From NCBI GenBank assembly GCA_022072145.1, contig JAJVIG010000004.1, forward strand, positions 3,919 through 67,918: a DNA stretch of 64,000 bases, given 5' to 3'. Both the position numbers and the translations under genes were made by a program. The notes under the pieces are model-generated. The model had not been told where the DNA came from. It ran no database searches and saw only the letters and a list, made by a program, of their open reading frames with translations. Positions 10,610 through 22,300 of the stretch are shown piece by piece (the first letter of the stretch is position 1; every line of letters starts with the position of its first letter). This stretch comes from Pseudomonadales bacterium (GTDB lineage Bacteria; Pseudomonadota; Gammaproteobacteria; Pseudomonadales; UBA5518).

Positions 10610-11980
10610 ATGGAATTGTTGCAGACGGTCCTGATCACGGTGGTGACGCTGGGCATCCTGGTGGCGGTGCACGAGTACGGACACTTCATCGTGGCGCGGC
10701 GCGCGGGGGTGCGGGTACTGCGCTTCTCGATCGGTTTCGGGAGACCGTTGTGGCAACGCACCGGGCGTGACGGCACCGAATACGTGGTGGCAGCGATCCC
10801 GCTCGGGGGCTACGTGAAGATGCTCGACGAGCGCGAGGGCGAGGTGGCGCCGGAGGAGCTGCACCGCAGTTTCAACCGCAAGCCGGTGGGCGCGCGGTTC
10901 GCGATCGTCGCCGCCGGTCCGCTGGCGAACTTCCTGCTCGCGATCGTCGCGTTCTACGCGCTGTACGTGATCGGCGTGCCAGGGCTGGCGCCGGTGATCG
11001 GCGAGGTGGCCCCCGCCTCGATCGCGGAGGCGGCCGGGCTGGAGCGCGGGCAGGAGATCGTCGCCGTCGACGGCGAGCCGACACCGACACGTCAGGCGGT
11101 GTCGATGCAGTTGCTCAAGCGCCTCGGCGAGAGCGGCGAGCTCCGCTTCTCGGTGCGCTACGGTGTGGCGCAATCCGGGCTGGTCTACGAGTCTGCCGCC
11201 ACGATCACGGACTGGCTGGCCGGCGAGGACGATCCCGATCTGCTCGATGGACTCGGTATCGCGTTCCTGGTGCCGGAACTCGCGCCGCGCATCGGCAGCG
11301 TGCTGCCGGGCAGTCCGGCCGAGCGTGCCGGGATGCGCAGCGGCGACCTGGTGGTCGCCGTCGACGCCGAGGCGGTGGGATCCTGGGAGACTTGGGTGAG
11401 GCTGGTGCGCGCGAGCCCCGGACGCGAACTCGCCGTGGATCTCGAGCGTGGCGGCGAACGCGTGCGCGTGCGCGTGACGCCGGCCGCGGTAGCGCGTGGC
11501 GAGGACGGCGCGATCGGGCAGGTCGGCGTCGGCGTCGCCGAGCAGCCGTGGCCCGAGGAACTGCGGCGCACCGAGCGCTACGGTCCGTTCGCGGCGTGGC
11601 GGCCGGCGCTGGCGCAGACCTGGTCGCTGGCGGTGTTCACGGTCGATTCGGTCAGGAAGATGTTCGAGGGGATGATCTCCCCGAAGAACTTGAGCGGACC
11701 TATCACGATTGCTAAAGTGGCGACCGATTCGGCGCGCTCGGGCCTGGAGAGCTATATCGGTTTCCTCGCGCTGCTCAGCATCAGCCTCGGCGTGCTGAAC
11801 CTGTTTCCCATCCCGGTACTCGACGGCGGACACCTCGTCTATTACCTGATCGAGATGGTCAAGGGCAGTCCGGTGTCGGAACGGGCGCAGATGCTGGGTT
11901 ATCAGGTGGGCCTGGTGATCCTGGTCGGCGTGATGCTGCTGGCGTTGTACAACGACCTGAACCGGCTCGCGGCCAACTGA
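10610..11980 (+). CDS. rseP: Regulated intramembrane (site-2) zinc metalloprotease
   Basis: HEYGHFIVAR (HExxH), PDZ region and C-terminal NLFPIPVLDGGH motif. ATG at 10610 within track ORF 9254..11980. Confidence 0.93.
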   Translation: MELLQTVLITVVTLGILVAVHEYGHFIVARRAGVRVLRFSIGFGRPLWQRTGRDGTEYVVAAIPLGGYVKMLDEREGEVAPEELHRSFNRKPVGARFAIVAAGPLANFLLAIVAFYALYVIGVPGLAPVIGEVAPASIAEAAGLERGQEIVAVDGEPTPTRQAVSMQLLKRLGESGELRFSVRYGVAQSGLVYESAATITDWLAGEDDPDLLDGLGIAFLVPELAPRIGSVLPGSPAERAGMRSGDLVVAVDAEAVGSWETWVRLVRASPGRELAVDLERGGERVRVRVTPAAVARGEDGAIGQVGVGVAEQPWPEELRRTERYGPFAAWRPALAQTWSLAVFTVDSVRKMFEGMISPKNLSGPITIAKVATDSARSGLESYIGFLALLSISLGVLNLFPIPVLDGGHLVYYLIEMVKGSPVSERAQMLGYQVGLVILVGVMLLALYNDLNRLAAN

Positions 11981-12034
11981 TACCGGCGGCGCGATCCGGG
12001 CACTCAACTCGGCAAAGGACTCTCGGGCACCTCA

Positions 12035-14656
12035 ATGACGCGTTATCTCACCGTCCTTTCCCTGTGGCTGGCGCTGGCCGCCGCAGCCGCCGCGGAATCC
12101 TTCGTGGTCACCGACATCCGCGTCGAGGGCCTGCAGCGGATCTCCCCGGGCAGTGTGTTCAACGACATCCCGGTCAAGGTGAACGACCGCATCGACGAGG
12201 CTGCGATCGCCGAGACCGCGCGCGCGCTGTTCCGGTCGGGCAACTTCGACGACGTGCAGATCGGCCGCGATGGTGACGTGCTGGTGATCACGCTGGTCGA
12301 GCGTCCGTCGATCAGCGAGATCAACATCGACGGCAACAAGGCGATCAAGACCGAGGACCTGCTCGAGGGACTGAAGGGTGCCGGCCTCGCCGTGGGGCAG
12401 GTGTTCCAGCGCGCCACGCTCGAGCAGATGCGCGTGGAGCTGCAGCGCCAGTACGTGAGCCAGGGCCGTTACGACGCGCGCATCGAGACCGAGGTCGCCG
12501 AACAGGCGCGCAACCGCGTGGCGGTCAACATCGACGTCACCGAGGGCAGCGTCGCGCGCATCAAGCACATCAACGTGGTCGGCAACTCGGTGTTCGAAGA
12601 CGACGACCTCACCGAGCTGTTCGAGCTGAAGACCTCGGGCTGGTTCTCGTGGCTTAGCGGCGACGACAAGTACTCGCGCGAGAAGCTCAACGGCGACCTC
12701 GAGAACCTCAGTTCGTACTACCTGGACCGCGGCTATATCCGCTTCAACATCGATTCCACGCAGGTCTCGATCACGCCCGATCGCAGCGCCGTGTACATCA
12801 CGGTCAACGTCACCGAGGGCGAGAAGTACACGGTCTCCGGCGTCGATCTCTCGGGTGACATCGTGATCCCGGAGGAGGAGATGCGCGGCTTCCTGTTGCT
12901 GCGCGAGGGGCAGGATTTCTCCCAGGTGCAGGTCACGAACACCGAGGAGATGATCACGCAGCGTCTGGGCGTCGAGGGCTACACCTTCGCGAAGGTCAAC
13001 GGCATACCGGAGATCGACGACACCCGGCGCACGGTGGCAATGAAGTTCTTCGTCGACCCGGGCAAGCGCACCTACGTGCGGCGCATCGAGTTCCGCGGCA
13101 ACACCAAGAGCATCGACGAGGTACTGCGGCGAGAGATGCGCCAGATGGAATCGGCGCCGGCCTCATCGGCGTTGATCGAGCAGTCGCGCGTGCGCCTGGA
13201 GCGCCTCGGTTTCTTCAAGGAAGTGAAGACCGAGAACATCGAGGTGCCGGGCACCGACGACATGATCGACGTGCAGTACACGGTCGAGGAGCAGTCCTCG
13301 GGCAGCATCGGCGCGAGCATCGGCTACGCGCAGGACGCCGGACTGATCCTCGGCGCGAACCTGCAGCAGAACAACTTCCTCGGTACCGGCAAGCAGGTCG
13401 GTATCGGACTGAACTCGAGCAAGTACCAGGATCTCTACAGTTTCAACTACGTGAACCCGTATTTCACCGAGGACGGCGTCAGCCGCGGCTTCTCGGTGTT
13501 CTACCGTTCGACCGATCTCGAGGAGATCAACATCGCGAGCTACACCACCGATACCATCGGCGCGACGGTGAGCTTCGGCTACCCGATCAGCGAGACGCAG
13601 CGCCTGGGCCTGAGCCTCGGCGTGAACCGCACCGACATCGGCGCCGGCATCGGCGCGGTGCAGGAGATCTCGGGCAGCCCGCGCCCGATCGACGACGCGA
13701 TCGGCTACATCAGCCAGAGTGATCTGAACGACGGCGCCGACGGCGACGGCTGGTTCGACCCGGCGCTGATCCGTTCGCCGGTTCCCGGCAGCGTGTTCCA
13801 GACCGGCCTCCCTAAAGGCTTCCTCGACATCCACGGCGACAGCTTCGACAACTTCCTGGTCACCGGCAGCTGGTCGCAATCCGCGCTGAACCGCGGCCAG
13901 CTCGCGACCCGCGGTTACTCGCAGAGCCTGTCGCTGCAGCTCGCCACGCCCGGCAGCGACCTCGAATACTACAAGCTGATGTACAACGGCCAGATTTTCA
14001 TCCCGCTGTGGCGTGATTTCACGCTGCGCCTGCGCACCGACCTCGGTTACGGCGACGGCTGGGGTGACACCAGCGAGTTGCCGTTCTACGAGCATTTCTT
14101 CTCGGGCGGCTTCCGTTCGGTGCGCGGCTTCAAGAGCAATACGCTGGGACCGCAGAGCACGCCGGCGTTGCGCTACACGATCCTCAACATCCCCGAATAC
14201 AACAGCGAGGGAGAGATCGTCGACTTCAAGGACAAGTACGTCTACGTGACGTGCGCGCGCGCCGACGACACCAACACCGCCCACACGAAATGCGGACCGG
14301 AAGGCGAGAAGATCTTCTTCAGCGAGCTCGGCTACGACCGCTACAACTCCTTCGGTGGCAACCTGCTGGTCGAGGGCAGCGCCGAGATCCTGTTCCCGCT
14401 GCCGTTCATCAAGGACCAGCGCTCGGTGCGTTCCGGCGTGTTCGTCGATTTCGGTAATGTTTTTGATACCAATTGCAGTGACACGCAAGTAATATGCTCC
14501 GACCCTGATTTCGGCGAGCTGCGCTATTCGGTGGGGTTCGGGGTGACGTGGATCACCGGCTTCGGCCCGATCACCTTCAGCCTCGCCAAGCCGCTCAACG
14601 ACGAGCGCTGGGACGAGACCGAGGTCTTCCAGTTCTCGCTCGGTCAGGGCTTTTGA
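12035..14656 (+). CDS. bamA: Outer membrane protein assembly factor BamA
   Basis: 873-aa ORF with signal peptide, POTRA repeats (VVTDIRVEGLQRISPGSV...) and a C-terminal beta-barrel ending FQFSLGQGF. Confidence 0.95.
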   Translation: MTRYLTVLSLWLALAAAAAAESFVVTDIRVEGLQRISPGSVFNDIPVKVNDRIDEAAIAETARALFRSGNFDDVQIGRDGDVLVITLVERPSISEINIDGNKAIKTEDLLEGLKGAGLAVGQVFQRATLEQMRVELQRQYVSQGRYDARIETEVAEQARNRVAVNIDVTEGSVARIKHINVVGNSVFEDDDLTELFELKTSGWFSWLSGDDKYSREKLNGDLENLSSYYLDRGYIRFNIDSTQVSITPDRSAVYITVNVTEGEKYTVSGVDLSGDIVIPEEEMRGFLLLREGQDFSQVQVTNTEEMITQRLGVEGYTFAKVNGIPEIDDTRRTVAMKFFVDPGKRTYVRRIEFRGNTKSIDEVLRREMRQMESAPASSALIEQSRVRLERLGFFKEVKTENIEVPGTDDMIDVQYTVEEQSSGSIGASIGYAQDAGLILGANLQQNNFLGTGKQVGIGLNSSKYQDLYSFNYVNPYFTEDGVSRGFSVFYRSTDLEEINIASYTTDTIGATVSFGYPISETQRLGLSLGVNRTDIGAGIGAVQEISGSPRPIDDAIGYISQSDLNDGADGDGWFDPALIRSPVPGSVFQTGLPKGFLDIHGDSFDNFLVTGSWSQSALNRGQLATRGYSQSLSLQLATPGSDLEYYKLMYNGQIFIPLWRDFTLRLRTDLGYGDGWGDTSELPFYEHFFSGGFRSVRGFKSNTLGPQSTPALRYTILNIPEYNSEGEIVDFKDKYVYVTCARADDTNTAHTKCGPEGEKIFFSELGYDRYNSFGGNLLVEGSAEILFPLPFIKDQRSVRSGVFVDFGNVFDTNCSDTQVICSDPDFGELRYSVGFGVTWITGFGPITFSLAKPLNDERWDETEVFQFSLGQGF

Positions 14657-14696
14657 CGGGTTTGTCTCCGATTACCAGAACACTTGGAGTTCCGAC

Positions 14697-15215
14697 GTGA
14701 TGCGCCTTGGCCGTGCCGCTGCGATTGCCTGCCTGCTCTCCCTGGCTCCCGGTCTCGCCCTCGCACAGGGCAAGGTCGCGGTGCTGAACCTCGAGAAGGC
14801 GATCTTCGAGACCGAGGAGGCGAAGAAACAGCTCGACGCGCTGCGGCAGACGCCGGATTTCCAGAACAACAAGAAGGAATACGACCGTCTCAAGAAGCAG
14901 TACGAGGACCTCGCCCAGCAGTTCAACAAGAATCGCGAAGTGATGAGCGCCGAGCAGGAGGCCGAGCAGGCGCGCAAGCTCAAGGACGTGGAAACCGATT
15001 TCGAGTTCGTCGCCAAGAAGCTGCAGCAGGCGCAGGCCAGCGTCGCACAGCGCGTGATGCGCGAGCTCGGCCCGCGTGCCAATACGGTGGTCATGGACCT
15101 GATCAAGGCGGAGGGCATCGGCCTGCTGCTCAACGCCCAGGCGGCGCTGTACGCGGAGCCGGATTTCGTGCTCGACGCGAAGGTCACCGACAAGCTCAAC
15201 CAGGGCGGCAAGTGA
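14697..15215 (+). CDS. skp: Periplasmic chaperone Skp/OmpH
   Basis: 172-aa ORF with signal peptide (...LALAQG) and lysine/glutamate-rich coiled-coil content. Canonical position between bamA and lpxD. Confidence 0.85.
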   Translation: MMRLGRAAAIACLLSLAPGLALAQGKVAVLNLEKAIFETEEAKKQLDALRQTPDFQNNKKEYDRLKKQYEDLAQQFNKNREVMSAEQEAEQARKLKDVETDFEFVAKKLQQAQASVAQRVMRELGPRANTVVMDLIKAEGIGLLLNAQAALYAEPDFVLDAKVTDKLNQGGK

Positions 15216-15307
15216 CGGCACCCGCAACCGGCGGCGCACACGCCACAGGAAATGCGGCGAAGCGTGCCTGACGCCGCCGCGGGAAGTCACGCCACAGGGG
15301 CTCCCCG

Positions 15308-16366
15308 ATGGAATACCGCCTCGCTGAACTCGCCGCGCTCGTCGGCGCCGCGGTGCGCGGCGACCCGGCACGCCTGATCCGCGGTGTCGGGGACCTCGAA
15401 CACGCTCGTCCGGATCAGCTCGCGTTCCTTGCCTCGCCCGCGTACCGTCGTCACCTCGGTGCCACGCGCGCGGGGGCGGTCGTGCTGACGGCGGAGGTGG
15501 CGGACGACTGCACGGTCGACTGCCTGCTCGTCGAGGATCCCTACCGGGCGTTCGCGACGTTGTCGCGCCTGTTCGTCGAACTGCCGCTGTCCGTGCCCGG
15601 CGTGCACGCCACGGCGGTGGTCGCGCAGGAGGCGCGGATCCACGCGTCGGCAAGCATCGGCGCGCAGTGCACGATCGAGGCGGGCGCCGAGGTCGGGGAA
15701 CGCAGCGTGATCGGCGCGGGATGCCGCATCGGTGCGGGCAGCCGGATCGGCAGCGATTGCCGGCTGTGGGCCAACGTGGTGCTGTACCACGGCGTGCGCC
15801 TCGGCGATCGCGTCACGGTGCATGCCGGTGCCGTGCTCGGCGCCGACGGCTTCGGCTTCGCGAGCGGCCCTGAGGGCTGGGAGAAGATCGCACAGATCGG
15901 CGGGGTCGCGATCGGTGACGACGTCGAGATCGGTGCCTGCACGACGATCGACCGCGGTACGCTCGGTGACACCGTCGTCGAGCGCGGAGTCAAGATCGAC
16001 AATCAGGTGCAGATCGCGCACAACGCGCGCATCGGCGCGCACACCGCAATCGCCGGCTGTGCCGGGATCGCCGGCAGCGTGCGCGTCGGCAGCCGCTGCC
16101 GCATCGGCGGGGGTGCCGGGCTGGTCGGGCACATCGAGGTGGCCGACGGCGTGACGATCACGCCGATGAGCCTGGTCACGCGCTCGATCGGCGAGCCGGG
16201 AACCTATACTTCCGGCACCGTGCTGCAGGCGTCGCAGCGCTGGAAGCGCTCGGCGCTGCGCTTCGGCGAACTCGAGGAAATGAACCGCCGGCTACGGCGA
16301 GTGGAGCGCCTGCTGGGGCGCGCCGCGTCGGGTGGGCACGAGACGGAGGATACGGCCGGATGCTGA
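15308..16366 (+). CDS. lpxD: UDP-3-O-acylglucosamine N-acyltransferase
   Basis: 352-aa ORF with the LpxD N-terminal domain followed by hexapeptide (left-handed beta-helix) repeats. Confidence 0.95.
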   Translation: MEYRLAELAALVGAAVRGDPARLIRGVGDLEHARPDQLAFLASPAYRRHLGATRAGAVVLTAEVADDCTVDCLLVEDPYRAFATLSRLFVELPLSVPGVHATAVVAQEARIHASASIGAQCTIEAGAEVGERSVIGAGCRIGAGSRIGSDCRLWANVVLYHGVRLGDRVTVHAGAVLGADGFGFASGPEGWEKIAQIGGVAIGDDVEIGACTTIDRGTLGDTVVERGVKIDNQVQIAHNARIGAHTAIAGCAGIAGSVRVGSRCRIGGGAGLVGHIEVADGVTITPMSLVTRSIGEPGTYTSGTVLQASQRWKRSALRFGELEEMNRRLRRVERLLGRAASGGHETEDTAGC

Positions 16367-16800
16367 TGGACATCAACGAGATTCGCGAGTATCTGCCGCA
16401 CCGCTATCCGTTTCTGCTGGTCGACCGCGTGATCGCGCTCGACGTCGGCAAGTCGATCGTCGCCTACAAGAACGTGACCGGCAACGAGGGTTTCTTCCAG
16501 GGCCACTTTCCGGACCTGCCGGTGATGCCGGGCGTGCTGATCGTCGAGGCGATGGCGCAGGCGGCGGGCATCCTGGGCTTCCGCACCATGGACAAGAAGC
16601 CTGCCGACGGGTCGATCTACTACTTCGTCGGCGCCGACGAGCTGCGCTTCAAGCGCCCGGTGGTCCCCGGTGACCGCCTGCAGCTCGAGGCCTCGATCCT
16701 GGCCGAGAAGCGCGGCATCTGGAAGTTCGCCTGCCGGGCCAGCGTCGATGGCCAGACGGCATGCGAGGCCACCATCCTGTGCGCGGACCGCAAGCGGTGA
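16360..16800 (+). CDS. fabZ: 3-hydroxyacyl-ACP dehydratase
   Basis: [33 protein letters not shown]. Overlaps the lpxD stop. Confidence 0.97.
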   Translation: MLMDINEIREYLPHRYPFLLVDRVIALDVGKSIVAYKNVTGNEGFFQGHFPDLPVMPGVLIVEAMAQAAGILGFRTMDKKPADGSIYYFVGADELRFKRPVVPGDRLQLEASILAEKRGIWKFACRASVDGQTACEATILCADRKR

Positions 16801-17567
16801 TCGATCCACGCGCCGTCGTCGATCCGCGCGCGCAGATCGCGCCCGACGCGCAGATAGGTCCGTTCTGCGTGATCGGACCCGGCGTCGAGATCGGGCCGCG
16901 CACGGTCGTCTCCTCGCACGTGGTGATCAGGGGGCCGACGCGCATCGGCGCCGACAACCGGATCTTCCAGTTCGCCTCGGTCGGCGAGGACAGTGCCGAC
17001 CAGAAGTACCGCGGTGAGCCCACCCGGCTCGTGATCGGCGACCGCAACGTGATCCGCGAGGGCGTGACCATCCACCGCGGCACGGTGCAGGACCGCGCGG
17101 AAACCACCATCGGCGACGACAACCTGCTGATGGCCTACGCACACGTCGGGCACGACAGCGTGATCGGCAACCACGCGATCCTGGTCAACAACGCGGCGAT
17201 CGCCGGGCACGTCGTGGTCGGTGACTGGGCGATCCTCGGCGGCTACGCGCTGGTGCACCAGCGCGTGCACATCGGCGCCCACAGCTTCGCGGCGATGGGC
17301 AGCGCGATCGGCAAGGACGTGCCGGCGTTCGTGATCGTCTCGGGCAGTCCTGCGCGCGCCAAGGGCATCAACCAGGAAGGCCTGCGCCGGCGCGGTTTCG
17401 ACCAGAACGCGATCACCGCGCTGCGGCTCGCCTACCGCATCGTCTACCGCCAGAAGTTCAAGGTCGACGAGGCGCTGCGCGCGCTCGGCGAACTGGCGGC
17501 GGAACACGAGGCGGTGCGCGTGTTCGCGGATTCGATCGCGGTGGCCACGCGCGGAATCGCCCGCTGA
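16797..17567 (+). CDS. lpxA: Acyl-ACP--UDP-N-acetylglucosamine O-acyltransferase
   Basis: Hexapeptide repeats plus the LpxA C-terminal helical domain. I place the start at GTG 16797 ([16 protein letters not shown]), overlapping the fabZ TGA as GTGA. The track start at 16761 is probably too far upstream. Confidence 0.92.
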   Translation: MIDPRAVVDPRAQIAPDAQIGPFCVIGPGVEIGPRTVVSSHVVIRGPTRIGADNRIFQFASVGEDSADQKYRGEPTRLVIGDRNVIREGVTIHRGTVQDRAETTIGDDNLLMAYAHVGHDSVIGNHAILVNNAAIAGHVVVGDWAILGGYALVHQRVHIGAHSFAAMGSAIGKDVPAFVIVSGSPARAKGINQEGLRRRGFDQNAITALRLAYRIVYRQKFKVDEALRALGELAAEHEAVRVFADSIAVATRGIAR

Positions 17568-17578
17568 GCGGCGGCGGG

Positions 17579-18739
17579 ATGACCGCGGACAAGGTGCTGC
17601 AGGTCGGCCTGGTCGCCGGCGAACACTCCGGAGACATGCTCGGCGTCGATCTGCTGCAGGCGCTGGCAGCGCGCGTGCCGGCGCTGGCGGCGCGCGGCGT
17701 CGGTGGCGAGCGCATGCGCCGGCAGGGGATGCACATCCTCGCGCCTGCCGAGCGGCTCGCGGTGATGGGCCTCGTCGAGCCGCTGCGACGGCTGCCGGGG
17801 CTGCTCCGCCTGCGCCGCGCGCTGGCACGCGAATTCCTGCGCGAACGGCCTGCGGTGTTCGTCGGCATCGACGCGCCCGACTTCAACCTCGGTCTGGAAC
17901 GCCGCCTGCGCTCGGCCGGCATACCTGTGGCCCACTACGTGAGCCCCTCGGTGTGGGCGTGGCGCAGCGGGCGGATCGCCACCATCCGGCGCAGCGTCGA
18001 TCTGATGCTGACCCTGTTCCCCTTCGAACCGGAACTGTACGCCACCCACGGCGTGGAGGCCTGCTACGTGGGGCATCCGCTGGCCGATCGCATCGCGCCG
18101 GTGCCGGACCGTGCGGCGGCGCGCACGCGTCTCGGGCTGGAAGCGGGTGGGCCGGTGATCGCGGTGTTGCCGGGGTCGCGCGCCGGCGAACTCGCGCGGC
18201 TCGCGCCGCCGTTCCTGGATGCCTGTGAGCTCTGCCTGCGTGAGGTGCCCGCCCTGCGTTTCGTGCTGCCGGCGGTCGACGAGCGCGCGCGTGCACTGCT
18301 CGCCACGCTGCTCAGCGACCGTCCATCGGGATCCGCGTTCAGGCTGCTCGCGGGCGATTCGCACGCTGCGCTCGAGGCGGCCGACCTCGCGCTGGTCGCC
18401 TGCGGCACCGCGACGCTCGAGGCGATGCTGTTCAAGCTGCCGATGGTCACTGCCTACCGCATGGCGGGGATCTCGCACGCGCTGATCTCGCGCATGCTGC
18501 GCACGCGCTGGGTCGCGCTGCCGAACATCCTCGCCGGCGAGGCGCTGGTGCCGGAGCTGCTGCAGGACGCGGTGCAACCGCGCGCGCTGGCCGACGAACT
18601 GCTGCGGCTGCTGCACGACGAGCCACGGCGCGCCGTGCTCCGCGCGCGCTTCGACGCGCTGCACGCACAGTTGCGCTGCGGCGCCGCGGAGCGCGCGGCC
18701 GAGGCGGTGCTCGCACTCGCACGACGCGGCACGCCCTGA
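17579..18739 (+). CDS. lpxB: Lipid-A-disaccharide synthase
   Basis: 386-aa ORF with [28 protein letters not shown]. Confidence 0.93.
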   Translation: MTADKVLQVGLVAGEHSGDMLGVDLLQALAARVPALAARGVGGERMRRQGMHILAPAERLAVMGLVEPLRRLPGLLRLRRALAREFLRERPAVFVGIDAPDFNLGLERRLRSAGIPVAHYVSPSVWAWRSGRIATIRRSVDLMLTLFPFEPELYATHGVEACYVGHPLADRIAPVPDRAAARTRLGLEAGGPVIAVLPGSRAGELARLAPPFLDACELCLREVPALRFVLPAVDERARALLATLLSDRPSGSAFRLLAGDSHAALEAADLALVACGTATLEAMLFKLPMVTAYRMAGISHALISRMLRTRWVALPNILAGEALVPELLQDAVQPRALADELLRLLHDEPRRAVLRARFDALHAQLRCGAAERAAEAVLALARRGTP

Positions 18740-19353
18740 TGGACGACTGGCGGGAACTGCTCGCGGGCGGGCTGCGCGTGGCGGGCGTCGACGAGGCGGG
18801 CCGCGGACCGCTGGCCGGTGACGTGTTCGCGGCCGCGGTGGTCCTTGCGCCCGGTTGTACGCTGCCCGGACTGCGCGACTCGAAGAAGCTCGGCGCGGCA
18901 CGCCGTGAGGCGCTGGCCGAGGCGGTGCGCGCCGAGGCACTCGCGTGGTCGGTGGCACGCGCCAGCGTCGCCGAGATCGACGCGCTGAACATCCTGCAGG
19001 CCAGCCTGCTCGCGATGCGGCGCGCGGTGCAGGCGCTCGCGCCGCCGCCGGCGGCGGTGCTGGTCGACGGCAACCGGCTGCCTGCCTGGGAGTGGCGTGC
19101 CGTCGCCGTGGTCGGCGGCGACGACCTCGTGCCCGCGATCAGCGCCGCCTCGGTGCTCGCGAAGGTGGCACGCGACGAGGAGATGCGCCGGCTCGACGAG
19201 CGTTATCCAGGCTACGGCTTCGCGCGCCACAAGGGGTATCCGACGGCGGCGCATGTGGCGGCGCTGCTGCGTCTCGGCGCCAGCCCGGTGCACCGGATGT
19301 CCTTTGCGCCGGTGCGGGCCGCCGCCGCACAATACGCCGCCGATTCCTGCTGA
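18739..19353 (+). CDS. rnhB: Ribonuclease HII
   Basis: [26 protein letters not shown] motifs. The ATG overlaps the lpxB TGA by 1 nt. Confidence 0.95.
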   Translation: MDDWRELLAGGLRVAGVDEAGRGPLAGDVFAAAVVLAPGCTLPGLRDSKKLGAARREALAEAVRAEALAWSVARASVAEIDALNILQASLLAMRRAVQALAPPPAAVLVDGNRLPAWEWRAVAVVGGDDLVPAISAASVLAKVARDEEMRRLDERYPGYGFARHKGYPTAAHVAALLRLGASPVHRMSFAPVRAAAAQYAADSC

Positions 19354-19360
19354 GGCGTCC

Positions 19361-22300
19361 ATGAGCCCCGTATTCGTTCACCTCCGGCTGCACTCGGAAT
19401 TCTCGCTGGTCGACGGCATGGTGCGCGTCGAGGAACTCGCCGCGCGCGCATCCGCGCTCGGCATGCCGGCGGTCGCGCTGACCGACCAGGACAACCTGTT
19501 CGCGCTGATCAAGTTCTACAAGGAAGCGCAGTCGGCGGGCCTGAAGCCGATCGCCGGGTGCGACGTGCGCGTCGAGCACGACGGCCAAAGCTCGGCCGTG
19601 ACGCTGCTCGCCTGCTCGCAGGAGGGCTACCGCAACCTGATCCGGCTGGTCTCGCGCGGCTGGCTCGAGGCGCAGCAGCTCGGTCGCCCGCTGCTGCCGC
19701 GCGCTTGGGTCGCCGAGTGTGCCGGCGGGCTGATCGCGCTGTCCGGCGGTCGTGACGGCGAGCTCGGGCAGGCGTTGCTCGGCGGGCGCGCCGAGCAGGC
19801 CGAGCAACTGCTCGGCTGGTGGATGGACGCGTTCCCGGACCGTTTCTACCTCGAACTGAGCCGCACCGGGCGCGCGCGCGAGGAGGAATACCTGCACCTC
19901 GCGGTCGCGCTGGCGGCGCGCCACGATTGTCCGGTGGTCGCGACCAACGACGTGCGTTTCCTCGATCGCGACGACTACGAGGCGCACGAGGCGCGCGTGT
20001 GCATCCACGAGAGCCGCACGCTGGACGACCCGCGCCGGCCGCGCAACTACAGCCCGGAGCAGTACCTGCGCAGCGCCGCCGAGATGGCCGAACTGTTCGA
20101 GGACATACCGGAGGCGCTCGCCAACAGCGTCGAGATTGCGCGCCGTTGCAACCTGAAGCTCGAACTCGGCAAGGTGTACCTGCCGGACTATCCGGTGCCC
20201 GAGGGCATGCGGATCGGTGATTTCCTGCGCCGCGCGGCGCACGACGGGCTGACGGCGCGGCTGGCGCGCATGGACGACGGCGCGGCGCGCGAGCAAGGCT
20301 ATCGCGAGCGGCTGGATTTCGAACTGCAGACCATCGACACGATGGGCTTCGCTGGCTACTTCCTGATCGTGATGGACTTCATCCGCTGGGCGAAGGACAA
20401 CGGTGTGCCGGTGGGGCCGGGACGCGGCTCCGGAGCCGGCTCGCTGGTTGCCTACGCCCTCGGGATCACCGACATCGACCCGCTGCCGTACAACCTGCTG
20501 TTCGAGCGTTTCCTGAATCCCGAACGGGTGTCGATGCCGGACTTCGACGTCGACTTCTGCATGGAGGGGCGCGACCGCGTGATTGCCTACGTCGCCGAGC
20601 GCTACGGGCGCGAGGCAGTGTCGCAGATCATCACCTTCGGAACCATGGCGGCGAAGGCCGTGGTGCGCGACGTGGCGCGCGTACAGGGCAAGTCCTACGC
20701 GCTTGCCGACCGCCTGTCGAAGATGATCCCCTTCGAGGTCGGGATGACGCTCGGCAAGGCGATGGAGCAGGAGCAGCAGCTGCGCGACTTCGTGGCCCAG
20801 AACGAGGAAGTCGCCGAGATCATGGAGATGGCGTTCAAGCTCGAGGGGCTCGCGCGCAACGTGGGCAAGCACGCCGGCGGCGTGGTGATCGCGCCGACGT
20901 GGCTGACCGATTTCGTGCCGCTGTACGCCGACGACTCGGGCGGCGGGCTGGTCACGCAGTTCGACAAGGACGACGTCGAGAAGGTCGGGCTCGTGAAGTT
21001 CGACTTCCTCGGGCTGCGCACGCTCACGATCATCGACTGGGCGCTGGCGATCATCAACCGCAAGCGCGCCGCCGCCGGCGAGCACCCTGTCGACATCACG
21101 CGCCTGCCGCTCGACGACCCGGGCGTCTACGCGCTGCTCGCACGCGCCGAGACCACCGCGGTCTTCCAGCTCGAATCGCGCGGGATGAAGGACCTGATCA
21201 AGCGCCTGAAGCCGAGCTGTTTCGAGGACATCGTGGCGCTGGTGGCGCTGTACCGCCCGGGCCCGCTCGAGTCCGGGATGGTCGGCGACTTCATCGACCG
21301 CAAGCACGGCCGCGCGGTGGTGCGTTACCCGCATCCATTGCTCGAACCGGTGCTCGAAAACACCTACGGCGTGATCCTGTACCAGGAGCAGGTGATGCAG
21401 ATCGCGCAGGTGCTGGCGGGCTACACGCTCGGCGGCGCCGACCTGCTGCGCCGCGCGATGGGCAAGAAGAAGGCCGAGGAGATGGCGCAGCAGCGCGCGA
21501 TCTTCCTCGCCGGCGCCGCGGACAACGGCATCGCGGACGAGGTGGCCGGCCCGATCTTCGACCTGATGGAGAAGTTCGCCGGCTACGGGTTCAACAAGTC
21601 GCACTCGGCGGCCTACGCGCTGGTGTCGTACCAGACCGCGTGGCTGAAGCACCATTACCCGGCCGAGTTCATGGCGGCGGTGCTGTCCTCGGAAATGCAC
21701 AACACCGACAAGATCGTGGTGTTCGTCGAGGAATGCCGGTACATGCGCCTGCCACTGGTGCTGCCCGACGTGAACGCCAGCGAGTTCCGCTTCACGGTCG
21801 ATGCGCGCGGGGCGATCGTCTACGGGCTCGGCGCGATCAAGGGCATCGGCGAGGGGCCCGTCGAGAGCATCGTCGCGGCGCGCGCCGACGGCGGTCCGTT
21901 CCGCGACCTGTTCGACTTCTGCCGGCGCACCGACGCGCGCAAGGTCAACAAGCGTGCCGTCGAGGCGCTGATCCGCTCCGGCGCGCTGGACAGCCTGGGC
22001 GCGCCGCGGCCGGTGCTGATGGCCGCGATGAACGAGGCGATCAAGGCCGCCGAGCAGCAGGCGCACGCCGCCGATGTCGGGTTGCTCGACATGTTCGCCG
22101 AGACCGTTCCCGACGCGGACGCCGATGTCTACGCCGAATTCCGCCGCGCGCGGCCGTGGAGTGCGCGCGAGCGGCTGCGTGGCGAGAAGGAAACCCTGGG
22201 GCTCTACATCACCGGTCACCCGATCGACGACCACGAGGCCGAGATCGCGCAGTTCGTGCGCAACCGCATCGCGCAGCTGCGCGCGGAACAGGAGCCACAG

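Noticed and set aside
14200-14520. Cys-containing extended loops and a locally AT-richer patch in bamA
   Set aside because: E. coli BamA also has a disulfide-bonded extracellular loop at the equivalent position (YECATQDGAKDLCK). The extra length is ordinary loop variation within the barrel.
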